Source: a bacterium
Lineage (GTDB): Bacteria; UBA8248; JACPRG01; G963555815
Reading direction: 5' to 3'
Assembly: GCA_965218795.1 (NCBI GenBank)
Contig: OZ244653.1
Coordinates: forward strand, 4,096,001 to 4,160,000
DNA length: 64,000 nucleotides
The translations under genes were made by a program, and so were the position numbers. The stretch's first letter is position 1. Each line of letters opens with the position of its first letter. The notes beneath the pieces were generated by a model. The model ran no database searches. It had not been told where the DNA came from and was given only the letters and a program-made list of their open reading frames with translations. Shown piece by piece: positions 39,510 to 47,342 of this stretch.

Positions 39510-39717
39510 CCTGTTCCCTTCCCCTCGGAAGAAGGATCAGGCAGGACCGGTGAGGTCTCCTGGCTTACGGATCGCCCGACTTCCCGCGCCTTCCCGCCCT
39601 TGACGGGCAGTGGCCTTGCGCCGGTTGGCCGTTGCGGGCTTCGTCCCCGTTCACAGTTGCGGGGCAGCCGCGGATTTGCCGGTTTTCCGGCTCACCGCGT
39701 TCCCTTGCGCCGGTCCT
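39510..39717 (-). promoter_or_regulatory. Cobalamin riboswitch 2 (before the btuF-like gene)
   Basis: Same core as riboswitch 1: AGGGAACGCGGTG, GCCCCGCAACTGT, GCCACTG, GGGAAG, AAGCCAGGAGACC. Confidence 0.93.
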
Positions 39718-39762
39718 TGCAAAATTTTCGATCAACGGTTCAGCGAGGCGGCAGGTCTCCTG

Positions 39763-40329
39763 TTATCCATGAGGGTCTTTTTGCGTTTCCGGCCCCGGAT
39801 CATCCGGAGGGAGACCGAGATGAACTTCGCGGAGCTGATTCCACAGGGCGAGCTTTGACCAGTCGGGCTTTTGACGCTTCATGTCGCCCGTATAGTAGGG
39901 GTTCGGCAGGAAGAAAGAGATCATTTGCTCGTCCTTCCCGTTCCAGAGACGGATCCCCCAGGAGGTCGGCGCTCCTTCATCGTTCAGGTAGCGGAAGAAG
40001 GCCGCCCTGCCTACCTGCCGCCACTGGGCAAGCTCCGGCGGCGCCGGCTTGGTTTTCGTGCCCTTGTGCGGTCCGATGCATAGGTGGAAGTGCCATGATC
40101 CCAGGTCCACCGTCATGTACCCGTCCAGCATGCCGATCCGGGGTTTATTGTCCCCGGCGTGAAACTCGAATACAGCGCCTTGAATGCAGGGACCGAAATG
40201 AAACTGATCCCAGTGATTCTCAAAGAGGTCGCGGAGGAGTCGCTCGAGTGTTTCCGAATCCGGCTCGAAATCAGTGAATTCCACTTCATACCCATCCGGG
40301 TTCGCCTCAATCGTCGTATGAACACCCAT
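39763..40329 (-). CDS. Hypothetical cytoplasmic protein with a HutX/ChuX/HemS-like motif pattern
   Basis: 188 aa; QGAVFEF...DGYMTV..WHFHLCI...AAFFR...SWGIRLWNGKDEQMISFFL; fold assignment is my inference. Confidence 0.8.
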   Translation of the reverse strand: MGVHTTIEANPDGYEVEFTDFEPDSETLERLLRDLFENHWDQFHFGPCIQGAVFEFHAGDNKPRIGMLDGYMTVDLGSWHFHLCIGPHKGTKTKPAPPELAQWRQVGRAAFFRYLNDEGAPTSWGIRLWNGKDEQMISFFLPNPYYTGDMKRQKPDWSKLALWNQLREVHLGLPPDDPGPETQKDPHG

Positions 40330-40371
40330 GGCGGCTTCCTGAGGGGAAGGATATGCCCCTGTTGTCCTCCT

Positions 40372-40570
40372 GCTTCTTCCCCTCGGAAGGCGGGGGTCGC
40401 AGGCATGACCGGGTGCGGTTTCCCGGCTTACGGATCATCCTAACTTCCCGCCCTCGATCGGCAGTGGCAATGGGCCCTGTAAGCCCCTGGGGGTTTCGTA
40501 ACCGTTCACAGTTGCGGGGCAGCCGCGGTTCCGCAGGCGCCCGGCTCACCGCGTTCCCTCACCCGGTATG
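40372..40570 (-). promoter_or_regulatory. Cobalamin riboswitch 3 (head of locus)
   Basis: AGGGAACGCGGTG, GCCCCGCAACTGT, GCCACTG, GGGAAG, AAGCCGGGAAACC; closing stem ACCGGGTG/CACCCGGT. Confidence 0.9.
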
Positions 40571-40582
40571 GGATCGCATCGA

Positions 40583-40611
40583 ATGGTACTGACCCTTTCG
40601 GATGCTGTCAA
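40583..40611 (-). promoter_or_regulatory. Putative sigma70 promoter of the B12 locus
   Basis: Minus strand TTGACA-N17-TACCAT immediately 5' of riboswitch 3. Confidence 0.7.
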
Positions 40612-40820
40612 ACGGGGGATGGGTGCGTCAGAGAAAGCCTTGTCTCTCCAGGGCGGGAGGTCACCGCTTTGGAGGGCCGGGAGCGGCAGATTGCGACCGC
40701 ACGGGAACGATGGCCGGGGAATTGGATTGCAGAGAGAATACTGTACAATTCCCGTGACCGGCATTGGAACCGATGGATAACCCCAGAGGGGTGAATCTCC
40801 GACTCGAGAGGAGTTGCATC

Positions 40821-41804
40821 GTGTCTGATTTCAAACCGAAAGACTACATCTCACTGGAAGGCGCCATAGACATCCACATGCACCCGCACCCCTGTCTGTT
40901 CGATCGGATTACCGACGATCGAGGGGTCGCCGCGGCCGCCCGGAGTGAAAAGATGCGTGGGATTGTCATCAAGTGCCACCACGAGAACACCGTCTCCCGC
41001 GCTATCAAAGCGGCGGATGCCGTGCCCGGGATTGAGGTCTACGGCGGGATTGTTCTCAACTATTACGTCGGCGGTCTGAATGCCGCCGCGGTGGAAGCCG
41101 CCTGCAAACTGGGCGGGAAGATTGTATGGATGCCGACGATTGACGCAGAAAACCACGCTGTTGCCCACGGCTCTCGGGGACAATACGACGTGCAAAAAGG
41201 GGGGTTGACCGGCAAGAAGGGCTCGGGAGGCAAGGCGCCCGCCCGGCGGGGGGGCAAGCCGTCGCGGAGGGAGGTCGTCTCGACCGGGCAAGGCGCCGTG
41301 TCGGGCGGGTATGGAGGCATCTCCCCCGTCGATGAACGTGGAAAGCTGAAACCGGAGGCATTGGACGTTCTGTCCGTGGCGGCGCAATACGACGTTGCGC
41401 TGGCCTCCTGTCATCTGAGCCCCAATGAGATCCGCGTCCTGTTCAAGGGGGCCGGGGAGATGGGCGTCAAGAAGATGCTCTTCACTCACCCGTTTTTCAA
41501 GGTTCCGGGAGCGGACGTGGCATTCACCAAGGAGATGGTCAAGCTGGGCGCCATCGCAGAATGGGGATACTGTACGGTCTCTCCGATGTGGGGGTACGCT
41601 TCCATCGACCGGATGCTGGCGGCGATTCAGGAAGTGGGTCCTCAGAACAGCATCCTCATGAGCGATCTGGGCCAGCGGCACAACCCTCTCCCCAACGAGG
41701 GGTTGCGCGTGTTTTGCCAGTGCTTGTACGAGAAGGGCATGCCCGAAAAGGACATCCGGACGATGATCGTCACCAATCCGGAGAAGATCCTCGGGCTGAA
41801 TTGA
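40821..41804 (+). CDS. Amidohydrolase/phosphotriesterase-related protein (DUF6282-like)
   Basis: GAIDIHMH, K.H, GGIVLN..VGG.N, WMPT, THP, SDLGQ, NP; start at GTG 40821. Confidence 0.8.
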   Translation: MSDFKPKDYISLEGAIDIHMHPHPCLFDRITDDRGVAAAARSEKMRGIVIKCHHENTVSRAIKAADAVPGIEVYGGIVLNYYVGGLNAAAVEAACKLGGKIVWMPTIDAENHAVAHGSRGQYDVQKGGLTGKKGSGGKAPARRGGKPSRREVVSTGQGAVSGGYGGISPVDERGKLKPEALDVLSVAAQYDVALASCHLSPNEIRVLFKGAGEMGVKKMLFTHPFFKVPGADVAFTKEMVKLGAIAEWGYCTVSPMWGYASIDRMLAAIQEVGPQNSILMSDLGQRHNPLPNEGLRVFCQCLYEKGMPEKDIRTMIVTNPEKILGLN

Positions 41805-42137
41805 CCCGAGCGTCCGGGTCCTGATTCAGGGGTGCCGGACGGAAGGAGCGGAGTCGCCGGGCCTTCCGGACGCTGAACGTCCCCTGTGGAGCAGCGGGCG
41901 GATTTTCGACCACAAAGCGATGGACGCATCGATCAGCAGGTAGGGTCTTCCGGAACCGTCTAACGGGTCGGGTCGGCGGTGTAGTGGCCAAGAGCCTTTT
42001 TCTCGGGGAATTCAGTCCTTCCGCACCGGAGCTCATCGATCCCCGTAAGCGAGCCGCTCGGGCGGATAGGGTATCGGCTCGTCTGAATTCCGGAATACCG
42101 CCGGCCCATCAGTCTCGTAGAATTCTTTATCTTCGCG

Positions 42138-42887
42138 TTACATTGAAAAGAGACGTCCGCACTCTACGGGCGACGTTTCAACGCCACAGAGTCTCAGGGC
42201 TTTCCACATCAGTGAGGTGTTGGTGCTGATGACGGGCTTGTCCAGCTCGGATTCGGCGGTTGGGATGACCTCGATCGATCGGATATCCGTCGCCAGGAGG
42301 AGAACGGCTTCCGCTTCCGGATGATCGGCTTCCCGGATCAGCGCATCCACACGCGACGGCGGCGTTTTTCCCACATGGGCCGGGTCCGGAATGGGCAGGT
42401 TTGAATCAGAGACGCACGGGAATCCGTACCTTTCGAAAAACGGGCCGGCCCGATCGTGAAGCGTTTTCGGGTAGGGCGTCGCGATCGCGATTCGCTTTGC
42501 CTTCAATTCCCTGAGGGCGTCCAGCATCGCCAGGGCTCCGGTGGTGGCCGGGAGGCCGCTGGTCTTCTGGATTCGGGCGACCCGTTGTTCCCCCCATCCC
42601 TCATCCATGACCAGGGCGATCCCCATATCGCAAAAGGCCAGGGTCTGGACGCCGGCGGTCATCAGCTCCCGCATCGCCCGATCGGATTCTTCCTCCATCC
42701 GGCGGAAGGTCTCGTCGGTCACTTGGCCTTCCACCGGCAGCCGGGTCGCGTAGAAAGCTACGCCTTCTGGCGCCAGGGCCTGAAATTCCGGCTCGATCAC
42801 GTTGTTGTTGGCCGGAACGATCAGGCCAATCTTCGCGCGGTGGCCGTATTCGCGTTCGTCCCGGTTCTGTCGATTCAGTTCCGGCAT
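42138..42887 (-). CDS. Maleate isomerase/arylmalonate decarboxylase-family protein with an atypical active site
   Basis: IGLIVPANNNVIEPE, TPY, KPVISTN; CDMG and ATD replace CTS and CTN. Confidence 0.8.
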   Translation of the reverse strand: MPELNRQNRDEREYGHRAKIGLIVPANNNVIEPEFQALAPEGVAFYATRLPVEGQVTDETFRRMEEESDRAMRELMTAGVQTLAFCDMGIALVMDEGWGEQRVARIQKTSGLPATTGALAMLDALRELKAKRIAIATPYPKTLHDRAGPFFERYGFPCVSDSNLPIPDPAHVGKTPPSRVDALIREADHPEAEAVLLLATDIRSIEVIPTAESELDKPVISTNTSLMWKALRLCGVETSPVECGRLFSM

Positions 42888-42894
42888 GGCGCCC

Positions 42895-44271
42895 TCATGG
42901 GGTCGGGCGGGATGTCCGGCCCTCAACCTGGCAATGACTCAGCGGATGGATAAACCGGCCTGCGGGCAGGCCCCGGATGAGGCCGTTGACCGCAATGCTC
43001 CTTCCCCCAAGGAGCGTGCGCACCGGCCAGCCTTTGAGGGGGAGGCGGTCGTAAGGCGTGACCTCCGATTTGGAATAAACGGGCCGTTCTCCCGGCGTCC
43101 GTTCCAGATTCGGATCCACGATGACCAAATCCGCGTCCGCACCGACCTCGATCGTGCCTTTCTGTGGAAATCCGAAGCGCCGTGCGGGGGCCGAGCAGAG
43201 CAGCTCGACGGCCCGGGTCAGCTCGATGTGTCCGCGATAGGCTGCGTTGAGCACCAGCGGCAGCGAAGTGCGAAGTCCCGGCAGGCCGCCTGGGGCGTCA
43301 AAGATGTTCTCACGGCCGGCTTCCTTCTCTTCGGGTGCGTGGGGGGCGTGATCGGTTCCGATCCAGTCCACGGTGCCATCCCGGACGGCCGCCCACAGTG
43401 CCGCCACGTCGTCTCGTTCCCTCAAAGGCGGATACACTGCGGCGAATGGCCCTTGACGGGCCAGATCGGCCTTGGTCAAAAAAAGGTGTTGCGGATTGAC
43501 TTCCACACCGATGTCCATCCCGGATGCCTTGGCGTCCCGCAGGAAGCCGATTCCCTCCTTCGTGCTGACCTGGCGGAAGACCACCGGAGCCGCCACCTCC
43601 TCGGCCGTGAGCAGCATCTTTTGGATCGCCGAAGCTTCGGTGATATTGGGACGGGCGTCCGCCTGGGCTTCGGGATCCGTCCGTTCGCCGACCGATTCGC
43701 GAAACTGCGCCGCCAGGGCTCCGTCGACCGCATAAACGGCCGCCGGGACGCCGGCTTCCCTGGCTGCCCGCAGGGCTTCGCGAATATCCGCCTCATGGCT
43801 GAAAACCGCAGGTCCGTCGGCCATCAGGATCTCGACGCACGCAACGCCCGCCTTCGCCATCTCGCCGATTCTTTCCGCTTCACCGGGCACGCAGAGTCCC
43901 GATATGCCGAAATCGACGTGAACCCGTCCTTCCGCCGCCACGCGCATGGCATCCAGGGATTGCACATCGGTGACGGGCGGATCCGTATTGGGCTGCGCGA
44001 TGATCGTTGTCACGCCCCCTACGGCCCCTTCGGCGGTGCCCGACAGTAAGTCTTCCTTATGTGTGAATCCCGGGTCGCGGAGGTGGACGTGGACGTCGAC
44101 GAGTCCCGGAAGGACGATCAAACCTTCGGCCTCGATACACTCATGGCCGCTCAGGCTTCCGGGTTCGTCGAGGGCCGCGATGCGTTCTTCACTGATGCCG
44201 ATGTCCAGTCTTGTCGGCCCTTCGGTCGTGACGACCAGGCCGCCGGAGATCAGGGTGCCATGAAGGGTCAC
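42895..44271 (-). CDS. Dihydroorotase/allantoinase-like cyclic amidohydrolase (beta-metal ligands altered)
   Basis: PGLVDVHVHLRDPG, GGVTT, PNT.P, PPLR, TDHAPH, G.DADLV. Confidence 0.85.
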   Translation of the reverse strand: MTLHGTLISGGLVVTTEGPTRLDIGISEERIAALDEPGSLSGHECIEAEGLIVLPGLVDVHVHLRDPGFTHKEDLLSGTAEGAVGGVTTIIAQPNTDPPVTDVQSLDAMRVAAEGRVHVDFGISGLCVPGEAERIGEMAKAGVACVEILMADGPAVFSHEADIREALRAAREAGVPAAVYAVDGALAAQFRESVGERTDPEAQADARPNITEASAIQKMLLTAEEVAAPVVFRQVSTKEGIGFLRDAKASGMDIGVEVNPQHLFLTKADLARQGPFAAVYPPLRERDDVAALWAAVRDGTVDWIGTDHAPHAPEEKEAGRENIFDAPGGLPGLRTSLPLVLNAAYRGHIELTRAVELLCSAPARRFGFPQKGTIEVGADADLVIVDPNLERTPGERPVYSKSEVTPYDRLPLKGWPVRTLLGGRSIAVNGLIRGLPAGRFIHPLSHCQVEGRTSRPTP

Positions 44272-44370
44272 GGTTGAGGCCGGTCTTTGATGGGAGTCTG
44301 ATTCAGACCGGACGCCAACTCAAAAAAGGAGGCGCTTCGGGGCCGAAGGGTCCATAGACGTCGGCCGAAT

Positions 44371-44994
44371 TCAGGATTCATAGACCGTGATTCCAAGCGG
44401 CGTCGGGTTGAAGGCGTTGCAGGGATTTCGTTCCTGGGGGCAGTTGGACATGCCCACCAAAAGGTCCATTTCCGCGCGAAGGTCGATGTGGTCTCCGGCC
44501 TTGCTGACCGGTTCGCGGATCTCAAAGGCGCCTTCGGCGTCGAACGCCACGTTCATGAAGATGTTCAGGCAGCAGGCTTCGTCGATGTCCCTTCGCCGGA
44601 TCCCGTAGGGCGCGAGCGACTGGGTCAGATTGTCGGCGCAGTTGGGGAGGTCATGGATTCCGTAGCGGAAGAAGTTGGCCTGCTCGGTACAGAACGCCCC
44701 CGCCGAGGAGTTCATCCGTACAGTGTCTTTCACGACGGAAAACATCGGCTGGCTTCGGCTCGTGTAGAGCGTGTGGCCTTCGGTCAGCATCCAGGTGCCG
44801 TTCAGGCAGTTGCTCCAGAACATGGAGAGTTTCTCGTCCCGGTCTGTATTGTTGAAAGCGACCAGGTCCATCACCTGCTGGCCTTCGATGTCCGTCACGC
44901 GGAGGACCTGTCCATTCTTCAATTCGATAGCACGGTATCCCCTCGCGGGAATCACTTCGTCCAACACGATAGAGCCTCGATCCGCTTCTGCCAT
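44371..44994 (-). CDS. DUF1989 / urea-carboxylase-associated family protein
   Basis: D.EGQQV.DL, C...N.FRYG, C..NL, NIFMNV, SNCPQ..NPCN. Confidence 0.88.
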   Translation of the reverse strand: MAEADRGSIVLDEVIPARGYRAIELKNGQVLRVTDIEGQQVMDLVAFNNTDRDEKLSMFWSNCLNGTWMLTEGHTLYTSRSQPMFSVVKDTVRMNSSAGAFCTEQANFFRYGIHDLPNCADNLTQSLAPYGIRRRDIDEACCLNIFMNVAFDAEGAFEIREPVSKAGDHIDLRAEMDLLVGMSNCPQERNPCNAFNPTPLGITVYES

Positions 44995-45063
44995 GGGGCC
45001 GCCTCCTTTCATTCGCGCGGAGCTTTGACGCTGCCCCGCGATCAGTCATCGGGGTGGAAATCG

Positions 45064-46011
45064 TTATTCCGCAGAGGGCGGCCCGGCGCAGCGAAAGCCG
45101 ACGAGGATGTGCTTGAGCGCCGCCGGACGCCCATGCCTGGCCGCCGAGCGCGTAACTCCCGGGAAGTCGTCCCAGGACCCGCCCTTCACGACGTACTTCT
45201 TGTCGTCCCATTCGGCCACGGTCGAAGTCCACTCGAACACCATCCCGGCCATGTCGAGCCCGCCGTAAGGAGCGGCGCCGGAGGGGTACCTGCCCACGGG
45301 AACCGTATCGAAAGGACCGCCGTCGTAGCTGTTCAACCGATCCGGATCGAACTCGTTCCCCCAGGGGAAATACCTGCCGTTCTCCCCGCGGGCCGCCTTC
45401 TCCCATTCGGCTTCGGTCGGAAGCCTCGATGGTCGTCCTTCGCGGCGGCCCCGCCATTGGCAATAGGCCGAGGCGTCCGCATGAGAGACCAGCACGACGG
45501 GATGGGCGGACCGCCCGGGGGGAAACCGTCCTTCCCGCCACAGGAAACGCTTCGTGGCCGCGTATTTGTGAATCAGCCCATAGCCCGACCATACGCTGCT
45601 GGTGACAAAAGGTACGGGGCGTCCAGTGGCGTTCACGAACCCCTGGTAGTCCTCATTGCTGACCAGGTACTTGTCGATCCGGTAGGCCGGAAGCTCGACC
45701 TCCCGCCGTTGTTCGATCTCGAACCATTGGTTCTGGCGGGCGACCGGACTGTTGTGCAGGTGCTCGTCCAGCCTGTAGCCGTATTCCCGTTCTTCGGGGG
45801 TGCTGCCCATCATGAATTTCCCGGCCGGGATGAGAATCATCTCGGCCCGGCTGCCGCCTCCTGAAAAAACGGGAACCGGCTTCATCATCAGTGATACGAG
45901 TAGGGCCGCTGGGAGCGCTGCCCGCAAAATCCGTTTTCCTACATCGGACGGATGCATCGCACCCTTACTCCTCATTCGAACTCGGCCCATGCCCTGGCTC
46001 TCCGTCCTCAC
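45064..46011 (-). CDS. Formylglycine-generating enzyme (SUMF1/EgtB/PvdO) family protein, probably exported
   Basis: F.MGS, HPVVLVS, RLPTEAEWEKAARG, DMAG...EW, KGGSW, GFRC; true start probably downstream of 46011. Confidence 0.88.
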   Translation of the reverse strand: MRTESQGMGRVRMRSKGAMHPSDVGKRILRAALPAALLVSLMMKPVPVFSGGGSRAEMILIPAGKFMMGSTPEEREYGYRLDEHLHNSPVARQNQWFEIEQRREVELPAYRIDKYLVSNEDYQGFVNATGRPVPFVTSSVWSGYGLIHKYAATKRFLWREGRFPPGRSAHPVVLVSHADASAYCQWRGRREGRPSRLPTEAEWEKAARGENGRYFPWGNEFDPDRLNSYDGGPFDTVPVGRYPSGAAPYGGLDMAGMVFEWTSTVAEWDDKKYVVKGGSWDDFPGVTRSAARHGRPAALKHILVGFRCAGPPSAE

Positions 46012-46682
46012 TTCAGGCGCCAGAGCGGGAGATCGATCGCCAGGTGGTCACCCGGTCCTAGACGGACTTCCAAGGATACAGACTTTCGAGGGTTGATGCC
46101 TTCCAACGAAAACGCCCCTTCCATCTCGGCCTCGTAAGCCACGATACGGTCCTCCTGTTTCACCGGACTGGGTTCGCCCCGCCGAAGAGAGGGGGCGTAG
46201 GTCTTCTGCCCCCCTTGGGCCAGAGACATATCCGAGCGGCGGACCAGCATCTTTGTGAAAGCCGCGCTTGATCATCGTGATCACCAAGGGGGGCCCTTGA
46301 GGATGCCCTCCACTACTTCCGGATCCGGCGCCAGGGAAGCGCGCTTTCGCTCGGCTGCGTGACGCGCCAACCGGGTCCACCGCGTGCGCACCCGCGCCCG
46401 ATGGAAGAACTGCTCGTGCTGTAACCCGAACGTGTAATAGGCGTCCAGGGCCTTTTCGGCGGCTTGCGCGTTGACCCGGCCCCATTCCAAGGCGCCTCGA
46501 AGCGCGTCGGGGTCAAGAATGGGGCCTGTCTCATGCCGGCTTTCTCCCCACGGGGCGGGGATTTCGGTCTTGGCGGAGCAAGCCCACAGGATCAGCGCCG
46601 CCAGATAAAGTATCGCGGGCGCTTGAATCCCTATCGGTTGAAGTTCCTCAGGGGTTCTGTCTCGGCTCACCATTCTCATCAC
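46008..46682 (-). pseudogene. Probable lipoprotein gene interrupted by two in-frame TGA codons (compensating frameshifts or assembly error)
   Basis: ORFs 46281..46682 (lipobox LWAC) and 46008..46250 share a frame; a shifted frame LVITMIKRGFHK bridges them from a C-homopolymer. Confidence 0.5.
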
Positions 46683-46749
46683 AGCCTTCCCTCCGTCTCT
46701 CTAATCCTTTGCCCGGGAATTTACCAGCGTCGAAACTTCCGGTCAAAGT

Positions 46750-47040
46750 GGGAGTTCCCTGCGATGCGGTCCCTCCGGACCCTCAGCAGGTTTCATCCCA
46801 AGGTTTCGGATGCTCCGTGATTCCCCGTTTTGGAGTAAACGCTCTGGGAGATATGTGGGGCACTGACGTGACGATCTGGAAGCGGTTGGAGTGAATCCTT
46901 CAGTTCAGAACGTCATGGGCACCCGCCTTCCGAGAGTCGGATGAACAAGCGCGTCAGTGCGGAAACCTGATGCTGTGCGCCCTGCCCCCAGACCCGTTGG
47001 GGCAGGGCGCGTTGTCCCTCCGAAAGCCCCCCTGGAGGGG
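46750..47040 (+). ncRNA. Unidentified structured RNA candidate
   Basis: Nested long stems found by eye (see findings); G-U wobbles favour the + strand; ends in a 13-bp GC hairpin. Confidence 0.35.
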
Positions 47041-47161
47041 ATCTCCATCATCTCTGATATCCCCTCGAACCGGGGATCACTGAGCCTCGAATGTCCTTGA
47101 CATTGCAAACCTTAGACCATAAAAACATCATAATTCAGAACAAAGACCGAGGAGGTAACCG

Positions 47162-47215
47162 GTGGTGGACGCACTTTTTTTTCTGTTGCGATTTTATTTC
47201 GGAGGGTTCCGGTAG
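47162..47215 (+). CDS. Phe/Tyr-rich leader peptide MVDALFFLLRFYFGGFR
   Basis: GGAGGT RBS at 47151-47156, GTG start, 5 Phe and 1 Tyr in 17 codons, TAG stop; upstream of DAHP synthase. Confidence 0.75.
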   Translation: MVDALFFLLRFYFGGFR

Positions 47216-47289
47216 TCCGCCCGCCGCCCGACGAAAAATTCCGGCCGCGGACGGAGGGATGGCCCCGCGGCATTTTGCAAGCGCAAATC

Positions 47290-47321
47290 AAGAAGCCGCG
47301 GGACAGATTCCGCGGCTTCTT
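47290..47321 (+). terminator. Attenuator hairpin of the aroF leader
   Basis: 12-bp perfect stem AAGAAGCCGCGG/CCGCGGCTTCTT with a weak U-tract, just before the aroF RBS. Confidence 0.65.
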
Positions 47322-47342
47322 ACGTATTGAGGAGGCGTCTGA

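Noticed and set aside
41805-42137. 330-bp convergent gap with words resembling a c-di-AMP riboswitch or a gene remnant
   Set aside because: Conserved core incomplete, no downstream gene to regulate, no recognisable peptide
44995-45063. Guanidine riboswitch upstream of the DUF1989 gene
   Set aside because: Spacer is short and lacks recognisable ykkC or mini-ykkC motifs
46270-46285. Selenocysteine UxxU readthrough of the two in-frame TGAs
   Set aside because: No redox-motif context and no convincing SECIS; compensating frameshifts explain it more simply
46975-47040. Group II intron 5' end (GTGCG)
   Set aside because: No domain V/VI or reverse transcriptase ORF; a 5-mer is expected by chance
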